Assembly: GCA_964016885.1 (NCBI GenBank)
Contig: OZ024743.1
Coordinates: 255,192,001-255,256,000 of the forward strand
Length of the DNA: 64,000 bases
Direction: 5' to 3'
Source of the DNA: Eledone cirrhosa
Taxonomy: Eukaryota
This document shows positions 1 to 12,534 of the stretch, one piece after another (within the stretch, counting starts at the first letter, position 1; the number at the start of each line of letters is the position of its first letter). The translations under genes were made by a program, and so were the position numbers. Under the pieces are notes generated by a model, which saw only the letters and a list, made by a program, of their open reading frames with translations, searched no databases and had not been told where the DNA came from.

Positions 1-1356
1 GCCGTCCAACAGCGTCGTGGGGCGTTGGACGGACGGACAGGTTAAATTGCTCTGGGTCTGGTCGGACCGGACCTCCAGATGGAGAAGAACTGGAGCGAGG
101 TGACGAGCAAGGTGGCCTCCCTCAACCAGAAATGGGCTGAGAGGAAGCTGTCCCTGAAAGGCCGGGAGGAGGTGGCGAATTCGTACATCGCATCCGTCAT
201 CTGCTACCGCCTCACCGTCGTCCCTTGCCCCGGCCCAACTCTCACCAAAATGGAGCGCCTCCTCTTCCGCTTTTTGTGGAAGGGACGAGCTCCCATGGTA
301 AGATGATCCATCTGCTGTCAACACCCGTTGCGTGGAGGACTGGGCATGCCATGGCTGATGATGCGCAAACATGCGCTGATACTGCGACATCTCTGGTGCT
401 TCCTTGACGGTGAACAGGTGTGGTCGCCGTTCGCCAGGCACATTTTCCCACAGCTTGTCTCCTTAACGGAGCTGCAGTCCTGGGTCAGGAAAAACCGAGG
501 ATAGCGCTTGGAAACTTGAATGTCTCCAGGCGCTCACTGACCTCTGCCAGCTGGGCACCAGTATCGGTGGAACATCCACCTCGGCGTTCTATAGAGGACT
601 AGTGGAGGGGAAGAGCGACGACGTTCTCGGAGAGATCCTGGTCGTCGAAGAAGATCAGCTGTTTGCTCTCTTCCGGAGAACTTTCAGCCCAGGGCCTATG
701 GATATCTTCCAAAAATCCCTGGCCTGGCAGAGCTACCGGGGAGCGTGTGGGACTGATCCAGTTATCGACTGAGTCCATTGTGCAGATTGTCTCGCCTTCT
801 TCTTTCGTGGAGGAAGGGCAGGCGGTTTTCATCTGCCTGGTGGCCATGGCGAAAGAGATTGTATGGTGGACAAGGTTGAAAGGGTTAAAGACAGATACTT
901 TCCTCTTCGACGAATCCCTAATTAACTTTTTCAAGTTTCACTTGAAGAGGAAAATGAGGGTGGAGAGGCAAGTGCTGCCTTCTAGCCATTTTTTTGAAAG
1001 GTGGGTGAATGTAGCGAGAATGGTCCGAGTGAACAGGACCGCTCTGAATATACGCCTGTAGTTTGAGAAATGGAAAAATTGAGAGAGGGCGCTTGCCCTG
1101 GTGGTCAGGATGGCCGTGGTCTTTTGTGTGGTTTTCGCCACGAGTAACCCTCGGAGGTTTCCCCCTATTGTGGAATTTTTCATTGTTTCAATTTTCATTT
1201 ATATTGTTTATATATATATATATGTTTCTATGTCTTTTTCTATTTCTTTTCTTATATAAATAATAAAAATCTTTACACGAACAAAACCCACATCGTACCG
1301 TCCTGTGCCGTCTGTAATGTTTTTCTTGATGTCAGCCCTTGTGGCCAATAAAGAAA

Positions 1357-1358
<2 letters not shown>
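1..1358 (+). mobile_element. Tx1/L1-clade non-LTR retrotransposon, 3' part of ORF2 plus 3' UTR (degenerate, internal deletion)
   Basis: ORF pieces (EKNWSEVTSKV...LSLKGREEVANSYIASVICY; MAKEIVWWTRLKGLK...FFKFHLKRK) are colinear with 5590-7040. The zinc-finger segment is deleted near 740. Ends AATAAAGAAATC(ATT)n. Confidence 0.85.

Positions 1359-1424
<66 letters not shown>
1359..1424. repeat. (ATT)n microsatellite forming the tail/target of the Tx1-like element
   Basis: Direct reading of the sequence. Confidence 0.95.
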
Positions 1425-1522
1425 GGCGACCTACGTAGGTCGCCAATAATTTAAACTTTTTATAATTATCAAAATTTAAACTTTTTATAATTATCAAACA
1501 AAAAATTTTTCTTTGAAAAATA

Positions 1523-3412
1523 ATGGATGACTCAGATTCACTCCTTCCTCACAATCCAACACCTCACACCGACACCACCATTGTAAATATTACTACGTTT
1601 GCCAACACTGGAATTGTAAGCAGTAGCAATATTTTTAATTTGTCTCAAGCAGACGTTCATTTCCCGCCATTACCAATGACTGCGGGTGTTAAAGCCGCCA
1701 CCACCATCACCACCGCGACAATCACCACCCCCACCATCACCACAGCGACAACAGAAACAAAAGAAAAAAATAAATTAACTCATGATATCGAAATGAATCC
1801 AACCAAAATGAACTCTTCCACACCGAACACCACTGACGCCACCACCACCACCACAACTGAAACTAAAATTAACAATAGCAAAAATAACGATAATAACAAC
1901 AGCAACAATGAAATTAAGAAAACTACCCTGAGTTTTGCCAGAGTAGCAAAAACGTGCGAAGTGATCCAGGTAACCCAGGAAGAATTAGACAAAGCGAAAG
2001 GAATGGTAAAGAAAGATGGGTACAGGGTCAGCCCCCACCACCCCACCACCCCACCGCCGACCTAAAAAATGGAGCAACGTCGCCTATGCACCGTGTCTTA
2101 TCGGACAATAAACATAAAATCGCGCCCAGTGGAACGGGCATCTGAGTCCCAAATCCAAAAAGCTTTGGGACATGTGTGGGTAAAAAAAACCCACATCAGA
2201 CGTGGGCAGAAGTATGGAACCGTGAACGTGTTCTTTGAAACACCACAGGAGGCCAGAGAACACTCCATGGCCCCATTAAGAAGTGACGACTTCACACTCA
2301 TCCCAAGCTATTGTGGCCAGAGACTTGTGAAGATCAGGGTGACCCACGTTCCACCGGCCATCGAAATTCCCTGGCTAATGGCTGTCGTGCTCGCCGGCAT
2401 CGAGGCCAACACCAAAATAATAGAAATAGCAAAAGAAAAGCAGGAGAACTGGTCAGGATCTGGGATGGAGCTCCTGATCCAAGCGGACCATAAATGCATT
2501 GAGGAGATCGCAGAGGTAATAGACCTCACTGACGGCAGCCACCTCACCGTAATCGTCGAGGGCAGAAGACCTAGATGTGTCGTTTGTGGTGAAGGAACCC
2601 ACCTAAGGGCTTTCTGCCCTCAGGCTAAAAGGTTGAGGCCACCTCTCTTACCCACCCCAGTGACTCAAACATCAACACCACCAGCAGCAGAAATGGCAGC
2701 AACAACTGTAGCAGCAACAACAGAAGCAACTGTAACAGCAACAACCCCAGCAACAGTAGCAAAACCAATACCACCACCACCCAACGCCCTAGAACTAGCA
2801 CCAGCGCCTACACCATCCACCACGCCACAACCAAAACCAACGCCTGTGGAGGATTTTCCACTCCCCGGCTTATCGCAACTGGAGACAGATTGTGACGACG
2901 AGGAGTGGGAAACGGTATCAGGAAAAAAGAAAAAAAGAAACCAAAAAAGAAAACATTCTCTTCCTTCCCCCTCCAAAAACAAAATACAGAGGGAAACAAA
3001 TAAATTAGCGAACAAGAAAGTTAAGACAGATATGCCACCATCCACACCAGCATCACCAACCCCATCACCACAAACACCAACACCATCACCATCATTAACT
3101 CCAACACCACCATCACCAACACCACAAAAGTCACCAAAAAGCGTAACAGAAACAAACCCACAACAAACGCAAACAAAACAATCAAAACGATACACACTAC
3201 ACAGCATTAAATTTGAACAACAACCAATTATTACACTACATGCAACACAACACCAGCATCACAGAAAAAGACTACACAACAACCCAAAAGTTCACACCTC
3301 CTCCACACATACAAATCACTCGCATCACACAGAAAACGTACACGACACTAAAACAAAAATTCCCCAAAGACATCGGAGACTTCCGACAAACACTCTTCAG
3401 GAGGATTTATAA
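1523..3412 (+). pseudogene. Tx1-like ORF1 (RRM-like region plus CCHC zinc knuckle), split by an in-frame stop at 2063-2065
   Basis: ORFs 1523..2065 and 2069..3412 share a frame. Motif CVVCGEGTHLRAFC is followed by a Pro/Thr-rich linker and the basic tract WETVSGKKKKR. Confidence 0.75.
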
Positions 3413-3522
3413 GGACATCCTTCCGGAGGAGGCCACTAGCAGTGAAAAGGATGGACACACCATCCTTCCTCTACGAGAAGTAAGGTAAGTGGTCTTTCCC
3501 ATCTTTTCCACTCCATTTCAAC

Positions 3523-6500
3523 ATGACCTCACTCAGAATAGGCAACATAAATGCGAGTGGCTTGGGTCGTCATGGAAGCAGGGCCACCTGCTCAACGACC
3601 TCAGGTCACTAAACATAGATGTAGTGGCCATCAGCGAGACCAGAATCTCCGAAGCGCGGGCCTTCGCACCGATCTTCGGCGGCTACGATGTGTACGCATC
3701 TCCCAGCCGTCCGGGATCGGGGGGAGAAGTTGTTGTGCTTTTTCGGAGAGGTTTGGATCTCGCCATACGGGCCATCTTCCTGGACCCAGAGGGTAAGTTG
3801 GTGGTGCTGGACGTCCCGCTCTTTAGTGTTAGTGGGCGACTGGAACGGGATCTTAGATGCACGCTGGGACTGTGTGGGATTAGCGGATAGGGGAGGAGGG
3901 TGCAAGAGACTCACCAACCTGCTCAGGCGTTTTGAAATGTCTGACAGGTACCGATTGGATTTCCCAAATGTTCCAATGTAGGACTTGGACAAATCGCATA
4001 GGGTCATCCAGATCATATCTAGATAGAGTATTTTGTAGGGAAATAGATAGGTCTAGCACAAGCTGTCCACAATTCAAGATAGTCAGCTACACGGACCACA
4101 AATTCGTGACCTATGTGCTTGACTTAGATAGGCTTCATAGACGAGGACCCGGCTACTGGAAGCTAAACGCATCCTTACCAGCGCGCAAGGCCTACAGAGA
4201 CCGGATAAGCGAACTAGTTAAGCGGGCGTTGACGGGGGCCATCGTCAACAACATGTGGTGGATTGCTCTGAAAAGAGCGATGAGAATAGAGTCCATTAGG
4301 TTTTGTAAGGCTTTAGCAATAGAGAAAAATAGAGCAGAGGGAGAACTAGTTAGAAAATTAGACGAGGCGCTTAGCAAAGGCATCGCGACCGACGTGTTTG
4401 CGGCGAAATTGGCCCTTGACCAATTCTTCAATGCAAAGCACGAAGGCTGCGTTGTCAGAGCTAGGGTGCGCGCTCTCAGACACGAAGGGACGAAAGCCGT
4501 TCAATGGGCCCGAGTGGCGGAGGCGCGTCGTGGCAACAAAGCCACGATCCGGTCTTTGGTGGACCACGACGGGCGCATGCTACTCGATCCCGGGCAAATG
4601 TGTGAAGCTTTTCAACGACAGTTCGCTCAGCTATTCGGGGGCAGCGGTTGGCCGGGTCGAGGGATGGATTTTAGTGTCTACCTCGACGGACTGCCGCGGC
4701 TCTCGGCCAATGAGGCGGAGTGTTGCGAAAAGCCGATAACAGCCGCTGAAATACGGGAGGCAATGACTGGCTGCACAAGGGGTAAATCGCCTGGTTTGGA
4801 TGGTCTGCCCTGTGAACTTTACGTACAGATGCCAGACTTGTTCGGAGGCCTCTTGGCGGACGTCTACAGCAACTGGCAACAGAACGGAAGAATTCCCAGC
4901 TCTGTGAGCCGAGGAGAGGTGGCACTGCTGAGAAAGGATCCAAACAAGAGGGATAACATAGATAATTTCAGGCACATAACTCTGCTAAACACAGAGCTCA
5001 AGATTTTGGCCAAGGTGCTAGCAAAGTGGTTGGCGCTTGTCGTTGGTGGTCTGGTGGAGAGGCGCAGACATGCGCCATTCACGACAGCCTCCACCTCATG
5101 CGATACATCGTAGAGAGGGTAGCTAGGGAACCTGGCACGGGTCGGTCTTTGATCAATTTAGATCAGTCGAAAGCTTTCGATAGGGTCGACCATCGTTACC
5201 TAGCGGCAGTCCTGAGTGCGGCTGGCTTTGGGCCCGTCTTCAGAGGCTGGATCGTTGCCATGCACAGCGACATCTGCTCTGTGGTGAGAGTGAACGGTCA
5301 CCTTTCGGAACCATTCAACATCATGCGCTCGGTCCGCCAAGGATGTACCCTCTCGTCCCTCTTGTACGTATTGACTCTCGAGCCATTACTGCACAAACTG
5401 GAAACGTTGAGGGGCGCCCCGTGCGAACTAGGATGCGGAAGATCCGTGTCAGCATATGCGGACGTTGTCACCGTAGTGGTGTCGAACGCCAAACACATCG
5501 AGGCGATCGGCACTACACTAAGAGAATACGAAGCGGTGACAGGAGCAATGATCAACCAGGAAAAGTCAGTGGGCCTGCAGCTCGGCACCGATTAAATTGC
5601 TAGGGGTCTGGTTCGGTCCGGACCTCCAGACGGACAAAAACTGGGACGATGTGACGAGCAGGGTGGCTCTCTCACCCAGAAATGGGCGGAGAGATGCTAT
5701 CCCTGAAAGGTCGAGCGTAGGTGGCTAACGCGTACATCGCGTCTGTCATCTGCTACCGCCTGACCGTCGTAACTTGTCCTAAGCCCCGCCTGACAGCTCT
5801 GGAGCGTTTGCTCTTTCGTTTTTGTGGAAGCGACGCGCTCCGATGGTCAGGCGGTCCATCTGTTGTCAACACCCGCTACGTTGAGGGCTGGGCATGCCGT
5901 GGCTGATGATGCGCAGACACGCGCTCAAGCTACGACATCTCCACCTCTTCCTCGACGGTGATCAGGTGTGGTTGCCGTTTGCTAGACACGTATTTCCCCA
6001 GCTCGTTTCCTTGACGGAGCTGCAATTCTGGGTCAAGCGAAGACCGAGAGGGAGCACCTGGAGACTGGAATGTCTTCAGGCGCTCACAGCCCTCGACCGA
6101 TCGGGCAATGTGATCGGTGGAAACTCCTCCTCGGCGTTCTATAGAGGATTAGTGGAGGGGAAGATCGACGACGTACTTGGGGAAACTCTAGGCGTCGACG
6201 AATATCAAAATGCCAATCTTTTCGGAAGAACTTTCGGGCCGGGGCCTATGGACAACTTCCAGAAATCTCTGGCCTGGCAGTGCTACCGAGGAGCCTTGCC
6301 AGTTCGAGATAAACTCTACAGGCATGGAGGTGCCATAAGCCGGGCATGTCCGAGATGCGCGCAGGGCGACGAAACTGTCCTGCACGCACTCGTCCAGTGT
6401 CCGAAAATTGCTGACTTGTGGGTTTATGTCGAACACCTGCTGTCGCGTGTAGGACGCATCTGGATATCATCTGAGTCCATCGTGAGGATTGCCCCGCCCT

Positions 6501-6762
6501 CTTCCTTTAGCCGGGAAGGGTAGGCAGTTTTTATCTGTCTGGTGGCCATGGCGAAAGAGATAGTATGGTGGACACGTTTGAAAGGGCTGAAGACGAGCAC
6601 TTACCTCTTCGGTGATGCCCTGATTGACTTTTTCAAATTTCATTTGAAAAGGAAAATCAGGGTAGAAAGGGAAGTGTTCTCTTCCCAGCATTTTGTTGAA
6701 AGATGGGTGAGAGAGGCAATATGGCCCGAGTGAATGGGCCTACTCTGAGTATGTGTCTGTAA
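3523..6762 (+). pseudogene. Tx1-like ORF2 (AP endonuclease, reverse transcriptase, zinc finger), frameshifted
   Basis: APE motifs IGNIN, VAISET, GDWN, SYLDR, TDH; GPGYWKLN; RT motifs KSPGLDGLP, LDQSKAFDRV, VRQGCTLS, YADV; CPRCAQGDETVLHALVQC. Confidence 0.9.
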
Positions 6763-7319
6763 ATTAAAGGTGGAAAACTGGGAGAGGGCACTTGACCTGG
6801 TGGTCAGGGTCACTGTGGCTTTTTAATGGGCTTTCTCCACGAATGTCCCTCGGAAGTCTCCCCCCTATTGGGGAATTTTTTCATTGTTCTATTATTACAT
6901 CCTCTGTTTCTTGTTTTTTTTTACACGCAGAAATGCCTATTTGTACTGCCCTGTATTGTCCTGTACTGTCCTTAATGTCTACTTTATGTAAACCCTTGTG
7001 GTTAATAAAGAAATCATTATTATTATTATTATTATTATTATCAATAGTAATAGTAGGAATGGTGTTGATGGTAGTAGTGGTGGTGGTGGTAATTAATTGA
7101 GATAGCGATAATATTAGTAATATTAGTAATATTAGTTATTATTGTTGTTGGTGGTTTGAGTAATGGTAGTAGTTATAGTATTAGAAGAGTATTAACACCA
7201 ATACTTCGTCAAAATATCCTTCACCCCATTCATCACCATCATTATCCTTAGCTGATATATATGCGATTTTGATATATACCCGGGATTACAGCCCCCCCCC
7301 CCCCATATATATATATGTA

Positions 7320-7450
7320 TATATGCAAAAAGTAATCAGAAATAACAAAGCAAATGGTACAGTACAATTAGTTTAACACTTAATATAGTAGGAAAAGTCT
7401 TAATGTTTTAGACACTAGTACTTCATTAGAGGATAGAATTAAAACTCATA
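7320..7450 (-). mobile_element. Degenerate PLE pseudo-LTR-like relic with decayed hammerhead (same family as 35140-35280)
   Basis: Minus strand CTAATGA agtac..gtct AAAAC ATTA AGA aligns with CTGATGA aggac..atcc AAAAC ATTA AGA at 35224-35258. Confidence 0.45.
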
Positions 7451-7840
7451 AAATAGAAAGATAGAAAGTGAGAAGAGAAAGGAGTGAGAAAAAATGTTTT
7501 GAGAAAAAATATGTGTATACAGTCAGCCATTTTTGTTATATATATTAAGATCATATTTAAAATACCATAGAATATAAAACATTCAAACAGTCATATATGA
7601 GTTCTTAATACTAGTGGGTTGAGTGAAGAAATATATTTTCTAAGTAGAAAATTCACAGTGACTTTCAGCTTTGGCACTTCTTTCAGTCAGATGAATAAAA
7701 CAAACTGAAATTTTCAAGTAACTACCATTTTTCTGCAGAAATCATTCATCCTTGTGCAATTCTGACCTATTGTTTATCCTTGGTTTTATTCAACTAAGAG
7801 ATTAAGTATTAAAGCGACCATTTTCATCAGCCAGATAAAA

Positions 7841-8170
7841 CCAGAGATAAATAATTGTTTCTACTTTAGGCACAAGGCCAGCAATTACCCAGTGCATTAC
7901 TGGTACTTTATTTTATCGACCCCATAAGGATGAAAGGCAAAGTCAACCTTGGCGTGATTTGAACTCAGATCGTAAAGGGACGTAACTATGTTGGAAAGCA
8001 CGGCGTCCGACCCTCTACCGATACTGCCAATCCACCGCCCTAACCAGAGATAAATAATTGTTTCTACTTTTGGCACAAGGCCAAAAGTAGAAACAATTAT
8101 TTATCTCTGGTTAGGGCGGTGGATTGGCAGTATCGGTAGAGGGTCGGACGCCGTGCTTAGAGATAAATAA
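7841..8170 (-). mobile_element. Nin-domain SINE with partial tandem duplication and foldback
   Basis: Reverse complement of the SINE at 15267-15450, including GACTTTGCCTTTCATCCTTA.GGGGTCGATAAAATAAAGTACCAG. Arms of about 78 bp are centred near 8077. Confidence 0.8.
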
Positions 8171-8499
8171 TGGGTCAGAAATACACGAGGCAGAATGGTT
8201 TCAGTAGTGACCTGCATGCATGTGTTTTGTAGACACATAGACTAATTAGGAAAGAATACTTTATTCGATTCTTTTGTTTTGAACTGTTTCAGTTTCACAT
8301 CTGAAAAGACAGTTAGGCCCCTGAAATATCATGCTAAAATATACTGGGTAAAACATTACTCTGATTTGTTTTGTTTTATCTGTAATGATTTGCCCTTTGT
8401 ATTTTTTTTACTGCATCATACCGGCTTTTTGAAAATAATTGTCTTTTATTACATATCTCACAATGCTTCATATTTACTATATATATATATATATATATA

Positions 8500-8836
8500 T
8501 CATCATCATCATCATTAATTTACGTCCGCTTTTCCCTGCTTGCAAGGGTGGGACGGGAACTGATTCTGGCTTGATTTCTACAGCTGGATGCCCTTCATAA
8601 TACCAACCTCATTTACGGTGAGTGCTGGGTGCTTTTTTTCCGTGGCACCTACATGTCCACTTTACAGTGCGGGCTGGGTGATCTTTTGCTGTGGCACCTT
8701 CATGACCATTTTGCAGCTGAGTAAACTGGAGCAATGTGAAATAAAGTGTCTTGCTCAAGGAAACAACACATCACCCGGTCTGAGAATTGAACTTACAACC
8801 TTTTGATTGCAAGGCCAATACTCTAACCACTAAGCC
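8500..8836 (-). mobile_element. tRNA-derived SINE with RTE-type tail (family of 10240 and 39684)
   Basis: A-box TGGCTTAGTGG, B-box-like GTTCAATTC, tail CCCACCCTTGCAAGCAGGGAAAAGCGGACGT(ATG)n on the minus strand. Confidence 0.85.
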
Positions 8837-8848
8837 ATATATATACAT

Positions 8849-9175
8849 AGGGTAAAGGGTAAAGACTCCCTTCGGTCATGAATGACCATGACGTTTGCAC
8901 CAAGAAAGTTCCCCTCCAAGGCATAAGTCTGCTTGTGGAAGACAAGCAGTTGCTCATGGATATCAGTCTCTCCTTGCCATGCTAACAATGTTGTCCAAGA
9001 GAAAGGCAAAGGCCGATACAGCCTGGCACTAATGATGTCGCGACTCATTTTTACAATTAAGTTAACTGGAGCAACGTGAAATAATGTGTCTTTCTCAGAA
9101 ACATTGCACAAAGCCGGTCTGAGAATCAAACTCACAACCTCACTATTGTAATCTCGACACTCTAGCCATTCACAC
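8849..9175 (-). mobile_element. tRNA-derived SINE, older subfamily with (CCCTTTA)-type tail
   Basis: Shares the head and CORE-like segment (TTTCACGTTGCTCCAGTT) with the 10240 SINE but has a different 3' end. Confidence 0.65.
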
Positions 9176-9489
9176 ACCTTCACACACACACATACATGTA
9201 CACACACACACACACACACACATACACACACATATATACATATATATATATAATTATTAAGGTCAGTTAGAATAACAGTGCCAAACCAGGTATGTACATT
9301 TCGTTACTCAGAAAAGAAAATAAATAAAATAAGGAAAATGTGGAAATATCTAAAAAAGTGCAGGTAATGATCTAATTGGTCTAGGGTCAGTTTGACCACA
9401 AAAATATGAACAAACGCTAAATACCTAATTAATTAGAGGAGGTTAGAAATTAAACAATTAAATAAAATAGAGTTTTTTAGGGGAAACAA

Positions 9490-10120
9490 ATAAAAGTACT
9501 AAGGAGACCATTTCTTTAAAAGTGTTTTGAAACGTAGGGACATTGCAAAAAAGAAAATTTGGTCTGTTTGTTAAGCAGTTTGCTTTTGTCAAGAAGATTA
9601 TTCAATATACCCCATTTCTCAGCATTGCATAATCTGCAGACTTTGAACTGATTTATATATGGTCAAGATTTTTCCAGTATCTTCCATTTGCTGGAGAAGT
9701 CTATGTTCTTGTATTTGTGCTGTCATATTTTATTTGCTAAATTTGTTGTGTTTCTTTTATTTGGGTATTTGAAGGTTGTTTTATGATTAAAGAAGTGATT
9801 TTTAAACCGGTTCTCTGACATACCAACTTATTTCCAGGATTTGTTTTTCTGGTGTTCACTCAATGAAGAGAGCTCAGGTTCATGTTATCACTGGTGTGTT
9901 GCCTTTTTGATCCAGTGAACATGACTCAGGTTTTTTACAAGAAAACACATATACTTGTTTATGCAGGAGGTGTGAATTTTTTGTTCCTGGCACAGGAATA
10001 TCTAATTTTAACTGAATGATGGTTAACAATCTGGTGGTATTTAAGTCCTAGGGGGAAGTGTGTATCTCCAAGAGCTAAAATCTTCTAGTGTATGTGTTAT
10101 TATTGACAAATGACCATCAT
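9490..10120 (-). pseudogene. Decayed Penelope-like element, GIY-YIG region
   Basis: Minus-strand translation VGMSENRFKNHFFNHKTTFKYPNKRNTTNLANKI...KWKILEK resembles 17935-18330. Confidence 0.6.
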
Positions 10121-10239
10121 CAAATATAACAATACTTGTTTCAACACACAACTTCACATCAAGAATCTTGCAAAACATACATATATATTCATACATATAT
10201 ATTCATACATATATATTCATATATATATATATATATATT

Positions 10240-10581
10240 GGAGGCACATGGCTTAGTGGTTAGAGCATTGGCCTTGCAATCTAAAGGTTGTGAGTTCAAT
10301 TCTCAGACTGGGTGATGTGTTGTTTCCTTGAGCAAGACATTTTATTTCACATTGCTCCAGTTTACTCAGCTGTAGAAATGAGATGATAGGGACTGAGGTC
10401 CATATCATTCCACTGCAAAGTGGTCATGGAGGTGCCACGGCAAAAAAGCACCCAGTACTCACTGTAAATGAGGTTGGTGTTAGGAAGGGCATCCAGCTGT
10501 AGAAATCAAGCCAGAATCAGTTTCCGTCCCACCCTTGCAAGCAGGGAAAAAAGCAGACGTAAAATGAAATGATGATGATGA
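10240..10581 (+). mobile_element. tRNA-derived SINE (CORE-like centre, RTE-derived tail)
   Basis: GGAGGCACATGGCTTAGTGGTTAG...GAGTTCAATTC; TCCTTGAGCAAGACA; 3' end nearly identical to the RTE end at 11395-11440; (GAT)n tail. Confidence 0.9.
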
Positions 10582-10740
10582 TATTAATACATATATATTC
10601 ATACATATATATTCATACATATATATTCATACATATATATTCATACATATATATTCATACATACATGTGTGTGTGTGTGCATGCGTATGTATAAATATAT
10701 ATATTTGAGATATATGTATAAATATGTATAAATATAAATA

Positions 10741-11440
10741 TGTATGCAGTAGATGTACAGGGAAATTAGACAGTAGAAGTCACATTGATAGACACATTTT
10801 TCAAATGCGAGAGGGCGCTATAGAAGTGGTGGATAGCTTCCGGTACCTAGGAGATCAGATTAGCATGGGAGGAGGGTGTTCCGAGGCCATTGTATCTAGA
10901 ATAAGGACGGGTTGGAAGAAGTTTAGGGAGCTGCTTCCTCTGTTGACGAAGAAGGGTTTCTCCCTGCGTACGAAAGGCCGGTTGTATGATGCCTGTGTGA
11001 GGAGCGCGATGCTGCATTGTAGTGAGACATGGGCAGCAACCGCAGAGGATATGCGACGGCTGGAGAGAAATGAGGCAAGCATGCTCCGTTGGATGTGCAT
11101 TGTAAATGTGCGTGAACGACCCAGCATAAATGTGTTGAGAGAGAAACTGTGTCTGAGAGGGATAGCATGTAGTGTACGGGAGAGGAGACTGAGGTGGTAT
11201 GGACATGTGATGCGCATGGAGGATGACCGATGGGTGAAGAAGTGCCAGGAAATGCCAGTTGAAGGAAGACGTGGTAGAGGTAGACCACGAAAAACATGGG
11301 CGGAGGTGGTGAGAACAGACCTCAGATCATTGAAGCTCACGGTGGAGATGACGAGGGACCGTGACGAGTGGAGAGATGCTGTGCTGAATAAGACCCGTCC
11401 CACCCTTGCAAGCAGGGAAAAGCGGACGTAGAATGATGAT
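10741..11440 (+). mobile_element. RTE-clade LINE, 5'-truncated 3' fragment
   Basis: VDSFRYLGD, KGRLYDACVRSAMLHCSETW, RRLRWYGHVMR, GRGRPRKTW. Confidence 0.9.
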
Positions 11441-11773
11441 ATATATTTGAGATATATTTGAGATATAATTACGGTATGTGCGCATTTCTTCTAAGTGTAA
11501 TTTTACAACTAATTGTGTATGGTTGATGGTATATTTAGTCAGTTTCTACATGCTGTCGAAATGTTGGATAAATGCTCGAACGGGGCCGCCGCGAAGAGGC
11601 TACGTTCAGTTGTTTGTCGGAGATTTCCCCATAAGAGAATTTATTCTTATAGCTTGCTCGGATTGATTTTGTATATGGTTAATTATGCTAATTAGAAGAA
11701 AAAATAGTATATATTTTAATATCTGATGATTCTAAAGACATGATTTATGATATATATATATATATATATATAT

Positions 11774-11840
<67 letters not shown>

Positions 11841-12493
11841 CATATGTACTTATGTATACACATACTTATATGTATATATAAACATATGTCTGAAAAATTT
11901 CTATAGAAGACAATATATTTCTCTGAAATATCTAAGATTAATAAAAGTTTTCTAACTTTGAGATTGTAATTTAACACTTTTGACACCACAGAATATTAAA
12001 AGAAAAGACTGTTGGTAGTGGTGGTGGTTTGGTGACGTGTACAACAACTAAAAATTAGAGATTATCAAACAAAATTTTTTTGGTGTAAGCGTGAAAACCT
12101 ATTTTCAATCATCTTAACATAGAAGTTATATTCTTTTAGTCTATTTTACCATTCCATTGTTCTTATTCTGTTTTTTTTTTATTTTTTTTTTTATTCATTT
12201 AGTCTTATTCTTAATCTTCTACTTGGAAATTTTGCAAAGAAAGTCAAGTATTACAAATTATTACCAATATTATTATTATTAATTATTTATCATCACCATA
12301 ATCATCTAAATCATCATTATCATATAGATCGTCATTATCATCAATGTCATCTTTGACATGATTGTTTCCATCACCATCATCATCATATTCATCAGTAGTA
12401 GTAGTACATACAATTTTGTTAGAACCTACTTCAAATATTAATAATATATCTTTATCATCAATATTTTAGTAATCATCATCATCATCATCATCA

Positions 12494-12525
<32 letters not shown>

Positions 12526-12534
12526 GTTGTTATT

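Larger units (their letters stand above)
1425..7040 (+). mobile_element. Near full-length Tx1/L1-clade LINE (ORF1, ORF2, 3' UTR, (ATT)n tail)
   Basis: ORF1 with CCHC knuckle; ORF2 with APE, RT and C-terminal CxxC..ET..H..C; 3' end matches that of the copy at 1-1358. Confidence 0.9.

Noticed and set aside
9250-9330. CTGAGTA..GAAA on the minus strand downstream of the PLE relic
   Set aside because: No stem II and the core is mismatched; cannot be supported as a ribozyme.
10240-10315. tRNA-like sequence (also at 39684 and 8770-8836)
   Set aside because: These are SINE heads with A/B boxes, no complete cloverleaf, continuing into SINE bodies.
11460-11720. CpG-containing unique segment checked for a hammerhead
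   Set aside because: No consistent core with paired stems I-III on either strand by eye.
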